64,000 bases of DNA, taken from the NCBI GenBank assembly GCA_021613535.1, contig CP075492.1, positions 6,076,001 to 6,140,000 on the forward strand. Direction: 5' to 3'. Position numbers and translations under genes: made by a program. A model generated the notes under the pieces. The model was not told where the DNA came from. It made no database searches and saw only the letters and a program-made list of their open reading frames with translations. The DNA comes from Adineta vaga (taxonomy: Eukaryota; Animalia; Rotifera). Of the stretch, positions 1-12,054 are shown piece after piece. How positions within the stretch are numbered: the first letter of the stretch is position 1; every line of letters starts with the position of its first letter.

Positions 1-1000
1 TCCGTGTCTAATAAAAATTTCAAATTTCCTATTTATTCATTGTAAATGTCTATATTTTATTATTCTAATGTAAAGATTTTAGAGTGATAAAAAGCTTACG
101 ATGTTTACGTCGATGATTATATTAATTAATATTGTCTCTTAATCGAATCCAAAGATCAACTTTTGATGGTATGTGAATTGGAGCTCAATTGGCATTGATT
201 CAAATCAATCAAAGTTTAATAATTCAGTAAGATCTTCCATGGAAATTTGCTTTTTAGTGGATGGTCACGTTCAACATCATTTAAAATCAATTTCTACAGA
301 AAATTTAATGAAAAACATTTTTAATCGATTTTTCGATATGTTTTTTTAGCTTTTCTTGTGCAATCGACCGCAAAGTAAACCTTCCTCTTATGAGGATCTT
401 TTCGCAAACTTCGAAAAAGTCAGCAACACTCATCGAGGAAACTGGTTTTATCCTCCATTGGTTATGACTCGAATATCATTAGAAAGCGTTTCCTAGATTC
501 TGATATATGCGTCAACACCACTTAGATATTCATTTGTAAAGAGAAAACCCATTGCTTGGTCACTTTTGTCTTTCTGCTTATAGTGCTAGTCTTTATACAT
601 TCCATCATAGTTTTGTCCAGTATCAGATTTATGTCGCAGTCATTCGTCCGCACTTCTTTATTGCGCCACTTTCAACTGCTTGCAATCGTAACATAGAATC
701 GGGAATTAACGTAATGTCTCTCATTCTTTTCTCTTGATATCTTTCAGTTCGTCAAACATGCTGCTGAAGCAATACTTAAAAACCTCCTTGAGTGAACGAA
801 ACGACGCAATAATCAAATAGAAAATTACTGAAACGATGCCTCTATCTGAGAAACTAGTTACATCAGGAGAACATATCTTCAGCTCTTCCTATATTTATGT
901 TTCTTGAATACGTGAGGAACACGCACACCGTCACCCACCCGATTACCCTTCGGTCAACCCTTCTCTAAAAGCAAGGTTTTGTCCGGAAGATTCACCCCAG

Positions 1001-1157
1001 GCCGAGAAAATTGAATTGGAGATTTTGAAAAACCATTGATACCAGTGGATTGCTTCGACCCCGATAACTCTCGATGACACGTTCACATAAATCTCGAAAA
1101 AATGTGTCTTCGATCCAATGTTTTATTCCCGCATACATCCTCTCTTCAGTCGAGGAA
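1001..1157. mobile_element. Non-autonomous interspersed repeat, copy 1 (Helentron-associated HINE/DINE-1-like)
   Basis: Aligns by eye with 6245-6430 (GAGAAAA.TGA.TTGGA...CGACCC.GA..ACTCT.GATGACACGTTCA...CGAAAAA; CCGCATA.AT.CTC.CTTCAGTCGAG). Terminal hairpin TCCTC-N9-GAGGA. Confidence 0.55.
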
Positions 1158-1560
1158 CCATATTCTAAATCAGTTTGTATCGGCAACCTACATAGAAGCG
1201 TCACTTTCTGTATTGTTAAAAGAAAGTAACTTATAGCAGTTGATAACATTTGTGTTTCTAATTAGTTAGGAAAAAAATTGTTGTTGATACAAAAACTGTT
1301 CCAACAAATCTGTTGCATTGACGTAATCATGTAAACAAATAAAGCTACGATTTACATCAGAAAATCTTTTCAATGATAAAGAAAGTTCGTTGCATTAGTT
1401 TGCCACGTTTGTCAGAGTAAGACTTTAACTCGAGAGTAGCTTAGGCTTTTGATAATTAATCAGAGAGTCTGCTGCCCACGTACTCATTTCTATTTTCATG
1501 AGTGTACGATTGATTTGACGATCATCGTCTAAATTTGTGCGTGACCGAGCGCGTAGATAG

Positions 1561-4500
1561 AATCTTTTTGATTCTCAATCATCAGATCCATTAATAATTC
1601 GTCAAGAAATCTTATCAACTCATCTCTATATTATTCTTGTTATTATTTCTCTTGTTATTTTAACAACATATACAACAATTAACAATCAAATCGAGAATAA
1701 AACAGTAACATTTCCAAGTCAATCTCTTTATGAAAATCTTCACAAGAAATATTCTAATAGCTTGGAATGTTCATGTAGAAAAGTTTCTATTCCTCATGGA
1801 AAATTTGTTCGAATGATTCCAAAATTTCATCAAGTGTGCTCAACAGATTTCGTCTCTCAAAAATGGATCGATTTTATATTCAAAGTAAATGTCGAATTAA
1901 TTATGCCAATCGATGTACGAACTAGTTTAAGTGCAATGTGGCAATTAATTCAGTCATTTTGCCGAAGTGAAACAAAGACAACTGTTGATGCACTTGATCA
2001 ATTTGAAAATTCCCAATGGGTAAATCCAACATTAGTAACTTCACAAATATTAGACGCTAAAATTCAAACTGCTTTAAATTTATTACATCAAACAACAGCA
2101 TCTAATTTTATACAATCGATGACATTTGTTCATAAAATGACACAAGCAAATCAATTAATGACAGCATTATTAACAAATTATATTTCTATCACGACAAAAG
2201 GGGAATTATCCGCAATCGTACTTTTTGGTCTGCAAACTCATATATATGGAAACAAATATATACAAAAAGGATCCATGAGATCTTGCTCTTGTAAAGATGA
2301 GAATTCATGTCCTTTACCGGGAAATCTTTATTTGTATGAGACCAATATACAAAATTTTCAAATTTATGATTTAAATCAAATTGAAGTAAATGAAAGTTTA
2401 TCTGGTATAATAATTGATTGTCTACCGATTCAATCAACATTTTTATCATCATTAGAATGTTTTTATAATCAATCATGTTTGAATATTCTTCTTTCATCTT
2501 ATCAAACAAAGATAAATATTTCAACTCTCAATCAATCATTAACAAGTCGTTTTCATTTAAAAACACCAATTGAATCACTTGTGAAAGAACTATTTATTGA
2601 AGAGATTTTCAATCAAACAATTTATTCGAAATATTATTTCGAATGTTTACCATATATTTGCACTTATGTTTATTTTCATCGATTTAATTGGATATCGGTT
2701 ATTACTGTGATTATTGCGATTTTCGGAGGTATAACAACTGTATTATTTGCAGTTGCTCCTGTTATTGTTCAGTTAATTTTATATATCAAAAGACGATTCT
2801 TCTCAAAAGACTCAACACAAGAACAAGTTGCACAAAATCAAAGCAATATCGACAAAAATGCAAATACTTAGAGATAAAATATTTCATTTTAGATGAAACA
2901 TTTCGAATTCGCTTGAAAAAGTGTTTCAATACAATCAAAATCAAAATCATCAATTTAAACATATATGATACGAAATCTAAAGATCCAACACGTATTTATC
3001 ATAGTATTCTCTCTACACGATTATATCTTTTTGCATTATTCATTTTCATCTATATTTATTTTTTATTTTCTGATTTTTCAAATCAAATAATAACTGAGAA
3101 AATATCAAATCCATCTCAATCTGATTATGAAAATCTCGCAAAACGATACGCATCAACATTAACGTGTTCATGTACTGAAATATCAATTCTTTATGAAGAT
3201 ATTATCAATATTGAAGTTGAATATCATCAAATATGCAAAAGTCATTTTATTCAATCATCATGGTATGATCGTTTTTCATTGTCTAATACTAGTTATGTGA
3301 GTTCTTATTTAATTATTGATTTTTTATCAATTGCTGCATCATATTTTCAAACATTAGAAACATTTTGTTCTTTGGCAAATGAAACACTAAATGATGCGAT
3401 GAAAAGATTTTTAACAAGAAATTTAATTAATTCTCACCTTTTAACACATAATGTATTCTATTCACAAATGAATTCATCAGTTTATTCTTTTGAACAATCA
3501 ACAAAAACTGAATTTCTCGATCGAATATATTTAACTAATGCATTGTTGCATAGTAATCAATATTTAAGTCGTACAATAACAAGCACTCGTCTTGGAGCTA
3601 TTTGTCAAGACATGACTAGTACAGGATGTTCGATTAAAATGTTCGTTTCTGCTCTATATACTATCAGTACAAATAATGATAAATGTTATTGTGTTATTGA
3701 TTCAATATGTGATTTAAATCATACGATTTATGAGAAAGATGAAACTTATAATATTGTTTGGCGACTTGAAGGCATAAATATAGGTTGTTCAATTGTTAAT
3801 ACAGTAATGAAATCATCATTGATATGTTGGTTTAATAAGAATTGTTTCAATCAATTACGAATATTTGCTCATAGAGTAAATAAATCAATACCTGAGGATT
3901 GAATAACTTTACTTGATTGAACCTTATCTAGTCGATATTATCCAAATACAACAATTGAAACAATTTTTAATGAAATAATGATTGAAGAATGGAAATTTTC
4001 TTCTTCATTTGCCAATTTTTATTCGAAATGTAAACCATTATTTTGTTCCTTTACTTATAAAAAGAAAGCAAATATTATTTATATTACTACCATTATTATC
4101 GGTCTCATTGGTGGAATCGATACCATTTTTAGATTAATCTCACCATTGATTATCACGATTATTTTAAAAAATGATTCATAAACTAAAGTGCGACAGATCA
4201 TCACAAAATCAAACTAGACACCAAGATAATAATCACCGTAAGTCCTTACAGTTATTTTCATCATAATTCATTAACAAAATATTCGAACTAGATGATCTTT
4301 TACCTTTTGTACTAGCTATAGCTTCTTTATCCTGTCTTTTGAAGACGAACGTCTTTGTTTAGGAAGATATTGAATTGATGACAATATATTCACTCTAATG
4401 AAACGACTAATCAATAAACTATTATTTTTCAATTTGTTTGATGATGAATCAATTGATATTGAAACTATTCGTCGTCAAAGAATATCATCTCGAGTTTATA

Positions 4501-5552
4501 TAGTAGCTTTATCGATTTGTATGTGTATTATAATAATTTATACAATGTTTTCAAAGAGAACTGAACTTCAGTCTTTTTCGAATCCTTCTCAAAATGATTA
4601 CAATCAATTATTAAAATCTTATTCGGAATCTCTCAAATGTCCTTGTAAGAACATTCCGATCGAATATAAACATTTTATACAAATAAACACAACATTTCAT
4701 GCAATATGTTCAAGTGATTTCATTAGTAAAAAATGGCATGATTATGACCGACGTGATATTCGTGTACGCGGTGCGTCATATTTTGTATTTCTATCAACAT
4801 TATGTCAAATTTCCCAAACAAGGATTGATAGTGCATTAAATGAATTTCTTAATGCAACATTTCTTAATACTCATATGATATCCATATCTGAATTTGATTT
4901 TCAAATTAATGATATTATTTCACAAGTTCAGAATAATACTCTAAGAAAATTTTCTCGAAGTTTAAAACTTCTTCGTGATATCATCAGTGGAAATGCTTTT
5001 TTATCTTCATATTCTTTAAATTGATACTGGTACAGAGAATACAATAGTACTTCGGAAATAAATTCTATTAAACCAGTTGAAATCACAAACGAATGTTCAT
5101 GTGGAACACAAAGTGATTGTATCGATTCAGGTGGAGTTTATGATGCGTTGAATGATAGCGCAACATTTCGAATACCTGGATGGAATGTTGGATGTTCAGT
5201 GGTCGAAAGATTATTACGTTCAACATTTCAATGTTTATATGACCAAATGTGTTTGAATTCATTACTATTTAATATAGAAAAATATACATTTGGACATTAT
5301 TATCACATAAATATATCAGCAATGGATTTTTTAAATACTAGTCATTTTAAACGAAATACAAGTATTCAAAATATTGCAGATGAATTATTTATTGAAGAAT
5401 GGAATATTAATAAATCTTTTTCATCATTCTATAATCAATGTAATCCATATGAATGTTCTTATAAAATTGAAAAAGATGATCATTTTACTTACACAATATC
5501 ATTATTTCTAAACGATACGTTTTTTATTGAAATTCTTCTTGAAAAAGTCTAA
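1561..5552 (+). pseudogene. Three-repeat Cys-rich multi-pass membrane protein of unknown function, disrupted
   Basis: Three homologous ~430-aa units starting NLFD/NIYD..S(T/S)(H/R)(L/V)Y (1561, ~2954, 4431), each with TM, PSQ..Y..L, C.C, C.S.F....W, IEE(I/W), C.P..C.(Y/F), and TM with GG (units 1-2). No start codon (TAG at 1558-1560). In-frame TGA at 3900 and 5022, frameshift at ~4170, truncated third unit. Confidence 0.75.
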
Positions 5553-6244
5553 TTAATTTTACTAGACTTTTCTTAATTAAATATGCGTATCTCTATGTTA
5601 TAAAGTTCTTAGCATTGTTAGCGGATATCCAAAAACTTGTTCGGAAAATATGATCATGACTTCAATGGATACTATTAGTTTTTAGTATAATTATAAAAGT
5701 ATCTTGAATTTTTCTTGTTCAAGAAGTTTTAGAGAATTCCATATACGAATCCTCTTGTATAGAAAAACTTCATAAACCATTTTTCCAAATTATTGAACTT
5801 TGTTTCACTAGGTTGTTTCAATTTTCGTTAAATAATTACTTATGCTTCACATATTTCATTGCTTCTATGAAATATTTCTCTCTTTTTCTCTACCTGTATG
5901 TTATGTTAATCTTGCTACAATTCATTTTTTTGCGACGAATTGTCCAGTTACCCGCTGTAGTTCCTCTTCTCACGACTCCATTTCCTGTGTCGCACATATT
6001 TCACTTAATCGGTTACCATATTTGATTATTGAGAATATCTTCTAGAAACATCGAAAACGCCTGAACAGGTGTGATGTCAGTTACATGAATCAATGAGACG
6101 AAACGCAGAATGAAATTTAAAAAAACGCTTGAGGCATACTCTCCGACGCACTTGTTGTGGAACAATTTTGATAGTTTCTGAATTCTAATAACCATGTCAG
6201 ATGATCTGGAGAACGTAGGGATATATTCGCAGCAGCTCGTCGGA

Positions 6245-6430
6245 CGGAGAAAAATGAGTTGGAAACTTTGAGAAACTAACGGTATCATTCGATTCCGCGA
6301 CCCAGAATACTCTAGATGACACGTTCAAACACATCCCGAAAAATGTTTTTTTAACCCGACACAGACAGACGGACAGCCAGACGCGTGTTCTTTTTTTTCC
6401 GCATATATTCTCCCTTCAGTCGAGTGAATA
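6245..6430. mobile_element. Non-autonomous interspersed repeat, copy 2 (HINE/DINE-1-like)
   Basis: Diverged direct copy of 1001-1157 with an internal ACAGACAGACGGACAGCCAGAC microsatellite (6361-6382) and a 3' hairpin TATTC...GAATA. The element may extend left to ~6040. Confidence 0.55.
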
Positions 6431-7144
6431 ATCAATGCGATTTTCACTTAATTCATTACATTTCAATTCACATTGTTTTACCTATTTTCTTTGGAATTCG
6501 ATAATAAACGATTAAGATACCAATAATCATTATTGTAGATGTAAAAAGCAATGGTGAAAATAAGCGGGACTTTTTGGGACGTCTCTCACAGTGACATGAT
6601 AAACATCTATATGAAAAGAAAGAAATTCGTATAGAAATATTGATGTCATTTCGAAAAAACAACTTCACGATAAGAATAGAAAATTGGTAATTCAAGTAAG
6701 ATACTTTTGATTGTTTCAGTAAGATTATATGATAAATCATTCGTCCATTAAATATTTGTTGTTCCGTTATGTTGATAACAAATAATTGGATTCGATGGTT
6801 TTGACAGAATTTCTTTGTTTTGATAATGAAAAAAAACTAGACATCAATTATCTTTAACAAGACAAAACAAATCAAATGGGTACTTGTATTTTTGAGTACA
6901 ATCATTTCAAATTCTATCAAAAAGTATTTCTAACGAGAGCAAATCTCTCAACGAACATTAAAGTATAGATAGATAAATATATATTTTGAAAGTCAACTGA
7001 ATCAGTTTTCAAGCATAGAATAATTTATTAAGATATATTGTCTGTAAAATAACAATATTACGAATTAGGGTTAAAATTAAGGATAAACGGTAGCAGGGAA
7101 AGAAAGTATATAGAACGAAAACGAAATCCTATTAATTGTTCGAT

Positions 7145-8883
7145 TTATAATTTGATTGGTACTTGAATATGAAGAAAACCATCATCTTTAAGTTCTGTTT
7201 TTAAATGATCAATTTCGCAAGTAGGAAAGAGAGTAACTTGACGATAACTATGTTCACCTATACGAACGAAAAGATTTTAATCAAAAAATGATTTATCTTC
7301 AAGAAATTCTTACTCATATATTGACCACCATCAGCTGATACTTTATTATTAACATCAACACGTAAATCATATCCATTGAGTGAAATTTTCATTTGATCTA
7401 ATGTTGTGCCTGGTTTCATTTGTAAACGCATGTAGAGAGTTTTCTTGCCATCAGGACCATCAACAAGTGATGGATTCCATGTTTTATTTTGAAGAAATTC
7501 TTCAAGTGTATACAATGCACTATGATTACTGCTTGATATTGTCTAGAAAAGAAAATCGATGCAAAATAAAAATCTTAGTTTTTGCAATAATCAATACCTT
7601 AGAACCACGACGTTCACTTGTACTTGTCTGATTTTGATTTGATGTTGTCAAATGAGATTCATCAGTACGTTTATTTGGTGCACTTACTGATTGATCAGTA
7701 TTTTGCGCCGATGTTGTTGTTGAAGTTGTTGATGAACGTGTTTCATTATGTTCATTGTTACGTTGAATTGGTACAGAAACAGATTGATCTGTATTATGTG
7801 TTGAATTTGACGTTTTAGTTAATGTCGAATGTGTTTCTGTGTTATGAGATGCTGGTATTGGAGTATCATTATGTCCATCGGTTGATTTAGTTATCGATAC
7901 TTTTCGTTTTTGAATAGTTATGGTACCACCACTGGCTAAAAGTTCTGGTGGAATTTCAATTGGTAAATCACTCAATTCTATTAAAAGATAAATAAGTTAT
8001 ATAATTGAAAGGTAATATACGTATAATCTCACCCGAACTTGTTAATGTAGATTGTTTAGTAGTTGTTGATGAATTTGGTTCATTATGAGTAATTTGTTGT
8101 TGATTGCCTGTTGTTGATGAACGACGTTCAGTTCTATGTGTGCTATAAGTTTGTGAAGTATTACCAGTTGTTGTATCCGCACTTCGGAGTAATTCAGTTG
8201 CTTCGGGTGAAAGTTCCGATGAACCGGTTGTTGTTGTTGTTGTCATTGTTTTTGTTACTGATGTTCGTCGAACTTGTTGACCTGGTGCTGCTAAATTAGT
8301 AACATCATTAGATGTTGATGTTAAAGCATTATTATCATTGCTTGTATTATATTTATTCAATGAAAATGAGAGACGACGTTGATTATTTGCATTTTGATTA
8401 ATGCTTAACTGATCTACTTGTGTAGATGAAGTTAAAGGAATTTCCACAACAAGCATATGAGCAGCAGTTATAAATGAGGCCATTGAATCGACTGCAGCAT
8501 TCGATGGAATATCAAAGGTACGTTCGAATTGTTTTTGCATAAAACGACCTTCACTACGTTCTTCATAAACACCTGAGATGGTTAATTTATGATTTTGAAT
8601 GTAGATCTAAATATAGATTGAAGTAGAATAAGAACATTGAAGTTTTTAGATTTACTTTGATTTGTTCTGGTTTAAAGTTTTCTACATCAAATGTGATACG
8701 AAATTTTTCGGTATCATGACCATATTTATCTTTAAAGAGTTGTTGATTTGGTCGACTAAGCCAACGAATACTTGCATCATCGCCAGGTGCATGATTAAAG
8801 GCATTAAACCATATATCATTCTTATTGTCAGTACTACTTCCAGGTTGATTAGAACGATGAATGGGTACAATTTGTGAAGACAT
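7145..8883 (-). CDS. Small heat-shock protein with two alpha-crystallin domains (p40/major-egg-antigen-like) and a Thr/Ser-rich linker; ~5 exons
   Basis: KFRITFDVENFKPEQIK...LTISGVYEERSEGRFMQKQFERTFDIP...MLVVEIP (ACD1); LYMRLQMKPGTTLDQMKISLNGYDLRV...RQVTLFPTCEIDHLKTELKDDGFLHIQVP (ACD2). GT-AG introns of ~50 nt. Confidence 0.85.
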
Positions 8884-9073
8884 ATTTAGATTAGTATTAT
8901 TTCTATTATAAATAACTGTAGTTTGTATACATGATGGATATATATATATACTATTTTTCGTAAGTGGGTGGATAAAAAACAATGTTACTCTTTTGAGATA
9001 TATACGACTTGTCCGCCCGCTTTTCTTCTAAATGTACAAAAACTATTTCTTTTCTTTGTTGATGGATATGTCG

Positions 9074-9304
9074 GTTCTAGATTTTTCTTTTGTATATATC
9101 TAACTCGATACACACGCAATAGAACTATGACAATAAATATCTATCTATATTTCTTAACATGTTGTCATGTTCTATTTGTAAACATAAAAACCAGTCCATC
9201 AAGAAACCTTCAACGTCTGTCTTTGTACTGAATGAGACAGTATATTGGAATGAAAAGCAATTATAATCAAGACATATGTAAACAAGAAAATACTAGAATT
9301 TTCT
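9074..9304. promoter_or_regulatory. Candidate heat-shock elements upstream of the sHSP gene
   Basis: TTCtaGATttTTC at 9075-9087 and GAAaaTACtaGAAttTTC at 9286-9303 (nGAAn inverted arrays, one mismatch each). TATA-like (TA)n at ~8938-8950; GC box CCGCCC at 9013. Confidence 0.5.
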
Positions 9305-9743
9305 TGTAAAATGTAAATAGATTATTATTAACTAGTGCCTACGAAACAATTGTGTTGATTCATGCCGCACTGTTGAAACTGAATGAATGATTGATTGATT
9401 GAAATATTTTCCTGATAATATAGAATTGTTATCTAAAACAATATTCTTCGCATCAGCTATACATTTATTTTTAGATAAAACTTCCATTGTTCTATTAACC
9501 CTTGTACTACTGGGCTAGTTTAGGCTTGTCTTGAAACTGTTCCTTTAATTCAAATTATGACATTTTAGGTCTGGTTTCCGGGCGAGCATACCAAAACAAT
9601 AATCTCTTTTATTCTAGCGAATAGTTAAAACTATATTTCACACTCTGTTACCTATCAAAAACATTCGGTAGTCTCATGTTAGTATAATAGAAAGACAAAA
9701 AGTCATAGTTTATTTACTATGATAAAAGTATTCAGTTACATTT

Positions 9744-10118
9744 TCATACAAATACTTCGAGTAAATTTTCTATTTCATTTCTACAAATTGGACATGTCGA
9801 CAATTTCTTACTACAACATACACATACACATAAATGTCGACAAGGTAATAAAACAACTGTTTTTCTCTCATTCAAACAGATAATACATAAGCAAGAGTCA
9901 TTATTTAAGTCTTGTTGTAATTTTCGACGCATAAATCTTGCATATGATGGTCGTAATGAACGTTTATCAAGATGAGTTGGAAATGATAAATCATCATCGA
10001 TATCATTGGAATGAATTAATGGACGAAAAAAGAATTTTTTCAATAGATAAAAACTAATAATAATTAGACAGAGTGTCGAAATAATATTAACTTTATTCAA
10101 TAATAATATATCAATCAT
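9744..10118 (-). CDS. N-terminal TM plus C-terminal C3HC4 RING E3 ligase (IAP/Mdm2/RNF26-type RING)
   Basis: CIICLNERKTVVLLPCRHLCVCVCCSKKLSTCPICRNEIENLLEVFV at the extreme C-terminus; hydrophobic N-terminal helix. Confidence 0.85.
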   Translation of the reverse strand: MIDILLLNKVNIISTLCLIIISFYLLKKFFFRPLIHSNDIDDDLSFPTHLDKRSLRPSYARFMRRKLQQDLNNDSCLCIICLNERKTVVLLPCRHLCVCVCCSKKLSTCPICRNEIENLLEVFV

Positions 10119-10905
10119 GAATTTAAAAAATATATATATCTGAAATTACTATTATTTATTCTTGATCATATGAAAATATCCATTGAATGAAAAGAAAGAA
10201 AAATGAAAAGAAAATGAAATTCTTTGTATTAAATATGTATATACACAATACACACTGTTGAACATGCACAGATTAATTGTTGAGTATTTGTTTTTGTTTG
10301 GTTGGTTATTTGTCATCATTATTTGTTGAACTATCCGTTGGTGGTCGTGTAGTAACAAATTCATCAAAGCCATGTGCAAATGTATATAACATATTAACAC
10401 CTTTGCAAGTATTTGGAGTTTCCGAGAAAACTATTGACAATCGAGACATGTTGTGAATTATTGTTCACGTCGATGAATCGAGCTGTAAAGACGATACATT
10501 TAGAATGTGTGTGTGTGAGAGAGAGAAGAGAGAAAAAAAGATAATTTATATATAGATGTATATGTATCTCGATGGACGCGCCATATTGTATTTTCTTTTT
10601 CTTTCCATTTGTATATTGTGTTCGATAGAATGATTTAAATGTACATTTCGTCGGAAGAGAACAGTTTCATTGTCCAAAAATAAACCTTTATTCAATAATA
10701 AAATAACTATCTCAGTACATATGCTATCAATCGATTTAATATTCAAACTAAGGAAACAGATTTTTCTTTGTATCATTGGTCAAATGTAATCAATGGACAT
10801 CCTAACTAGAAAACGAAACATTAAACTTCATCATGTCGTATATTTATTCATGAATATGGAAAAAAAAATAAATCTTTTCTTTCTAAAGCATAAGAATTCT
10901 TTTTT

Positions 10906-11949
10906 TTAAACGGCTACACCATGTTTACCGGCTAATGTTTCGACTAATGTACCTTCTTCATTCAATTGCTTTAATATATCTAATCCACCAATGAATTGTC
11001 CATTGACATAGACTTGTGGATATGTTTGCCAGGATGAATATTCTTTAAGTTTTTGTCGAACATTCTCATCTTGAAATATATCAAATGTTTTATAATCTTT
11101 AATATTTGCTTGATCTAAAAGAAGTAATAATTCTTTTGTAAAACCACATTTTGGTGTTTCAGGTGAACCTTTAATAAAAAGCATTAATGGTGCTTGATTA
11201 ATTAAACTTTCTAAATATTTTTTCATATCTTTTTCTTTTTCATGACTTTTTTGTTGTTTTAATTTCAAATCAAATTCACCATTTTCAATCATTTGTTTCA
11301 TTATATCTAAACCACCAATTAATTCTCCATCGACATATAATTGAGGATATGTATTCCAATTCGAATATTTCTTTAATTCTTCACGAATAATTTGATCCGA
11401 AAGAACATCGAAATAATTATATTTCAATTGATGTTCATCAAGAATATGACATGCTTGACGACTAAAACCACATTGTGGTTCAGTTGGTGTACCTTTCATA
11501 AATAGAATGATTGGTGATGAAGATAATAATTCTTTGATTCTTTTTTCAACATTAACATCAGTTTCGACTTTCATTTCAGTTTTTACAGATGTAATATTAC
11601 TTTTATTCATATGATATTTAATCTTTTTTAATAAATCACTTTGATTGAAACCATCGACACGATCGATAAGTTTTGTTTCATAATAGAAGAGAATCGTTGG
11701 CACAGCATTGACATTTTGTAAGGTAAGAAAATCTGTAAAATGATCGGCATTTAAACGACAAATCGAGATTTGTTGTTGAAATTCACTATCACGACTGACA
11801 GCTAAGAGAGCTTCATTAACTGTTTTACATACAGGAATTTGTTCTAATTCCACATGAACAAGTAATAATTTCTTGGCAATAGTTGATGATTGAATAAATT
11901 CGTCAAAGTCTTTTTGAGAATTGATTTGATTAACTTCAGTAGTTGACAT
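10906..11949 (-). CDS. GLRX3: Glutaredoxin-3 / PICOT (Trx + 2 monothiol Grx domains), intronless CDS
   Basis: LFMKGTPTEPQCGFS...LKKYSNWNTYPQLYVDGELIGGLDI and LFIKGSPETPKCGFT...YPQVYVNGQFIGGLDI, with an N-terminal thioredoxin-like domain. Confidence 0.95.
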   Translation of the reverse strand: MSTTEVNQINSQKDFDEFIQSSTIAKKLLLVHVELEQIPVCKTVNEALLAVSRDSEFQQQISICRLNADHFTDFLTLQNVNAVPTILFYYETKLIDRVDGFNQSDLLKKIKYHMNKSNITSVKTEMKVETDVNVEKRIKELLSSSPIILFMKGTPTEPQCGFSRQACHILDEHQLKYNYFDVLSDQIIREELKKYSNWNTYPQLYVDGELIGGLDIMKQMIENGEFDLKLKQQKSHEKEKDMKKYLESLINQAPLMLFIKGSPETPKCGFTKELLLLLDQANIKDYKTFDIFQDENVRQKLKEYSSWQTYPQVYVNGQFIGGLDILKQLNEEGTLVETLAGKHGVAV

Positions 11950-12054
11950 AATTAATCTAGAAAATTTTAGAAATATAATCTTAGATTTTGTTTTCCGTAC
12001 AAAAACAACAAAAAGAAAATGATAAACAAAAACAATCGTTTTTTTTCTTTATTT

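Noticed and set aside
150-330. Coding-like fragment (IGAQLALIQINQS / HGNLLFSGWSRST)
   Set aside because: Short, interrupted by stops, no family recognisable.
3900-5024. TGA=Trp or Sec recoding
   Set aside because: Other Trp codons are TGG, TGA is a normal stop in neighbouring genes (RING, TRAF), frameshifts co-occur and no SECIS was seen.
9495-9590. TTAA-CCCTT piggyBac-like terminus
   Set aside because: No matching opposite terminal repeat or transposase found downstream.
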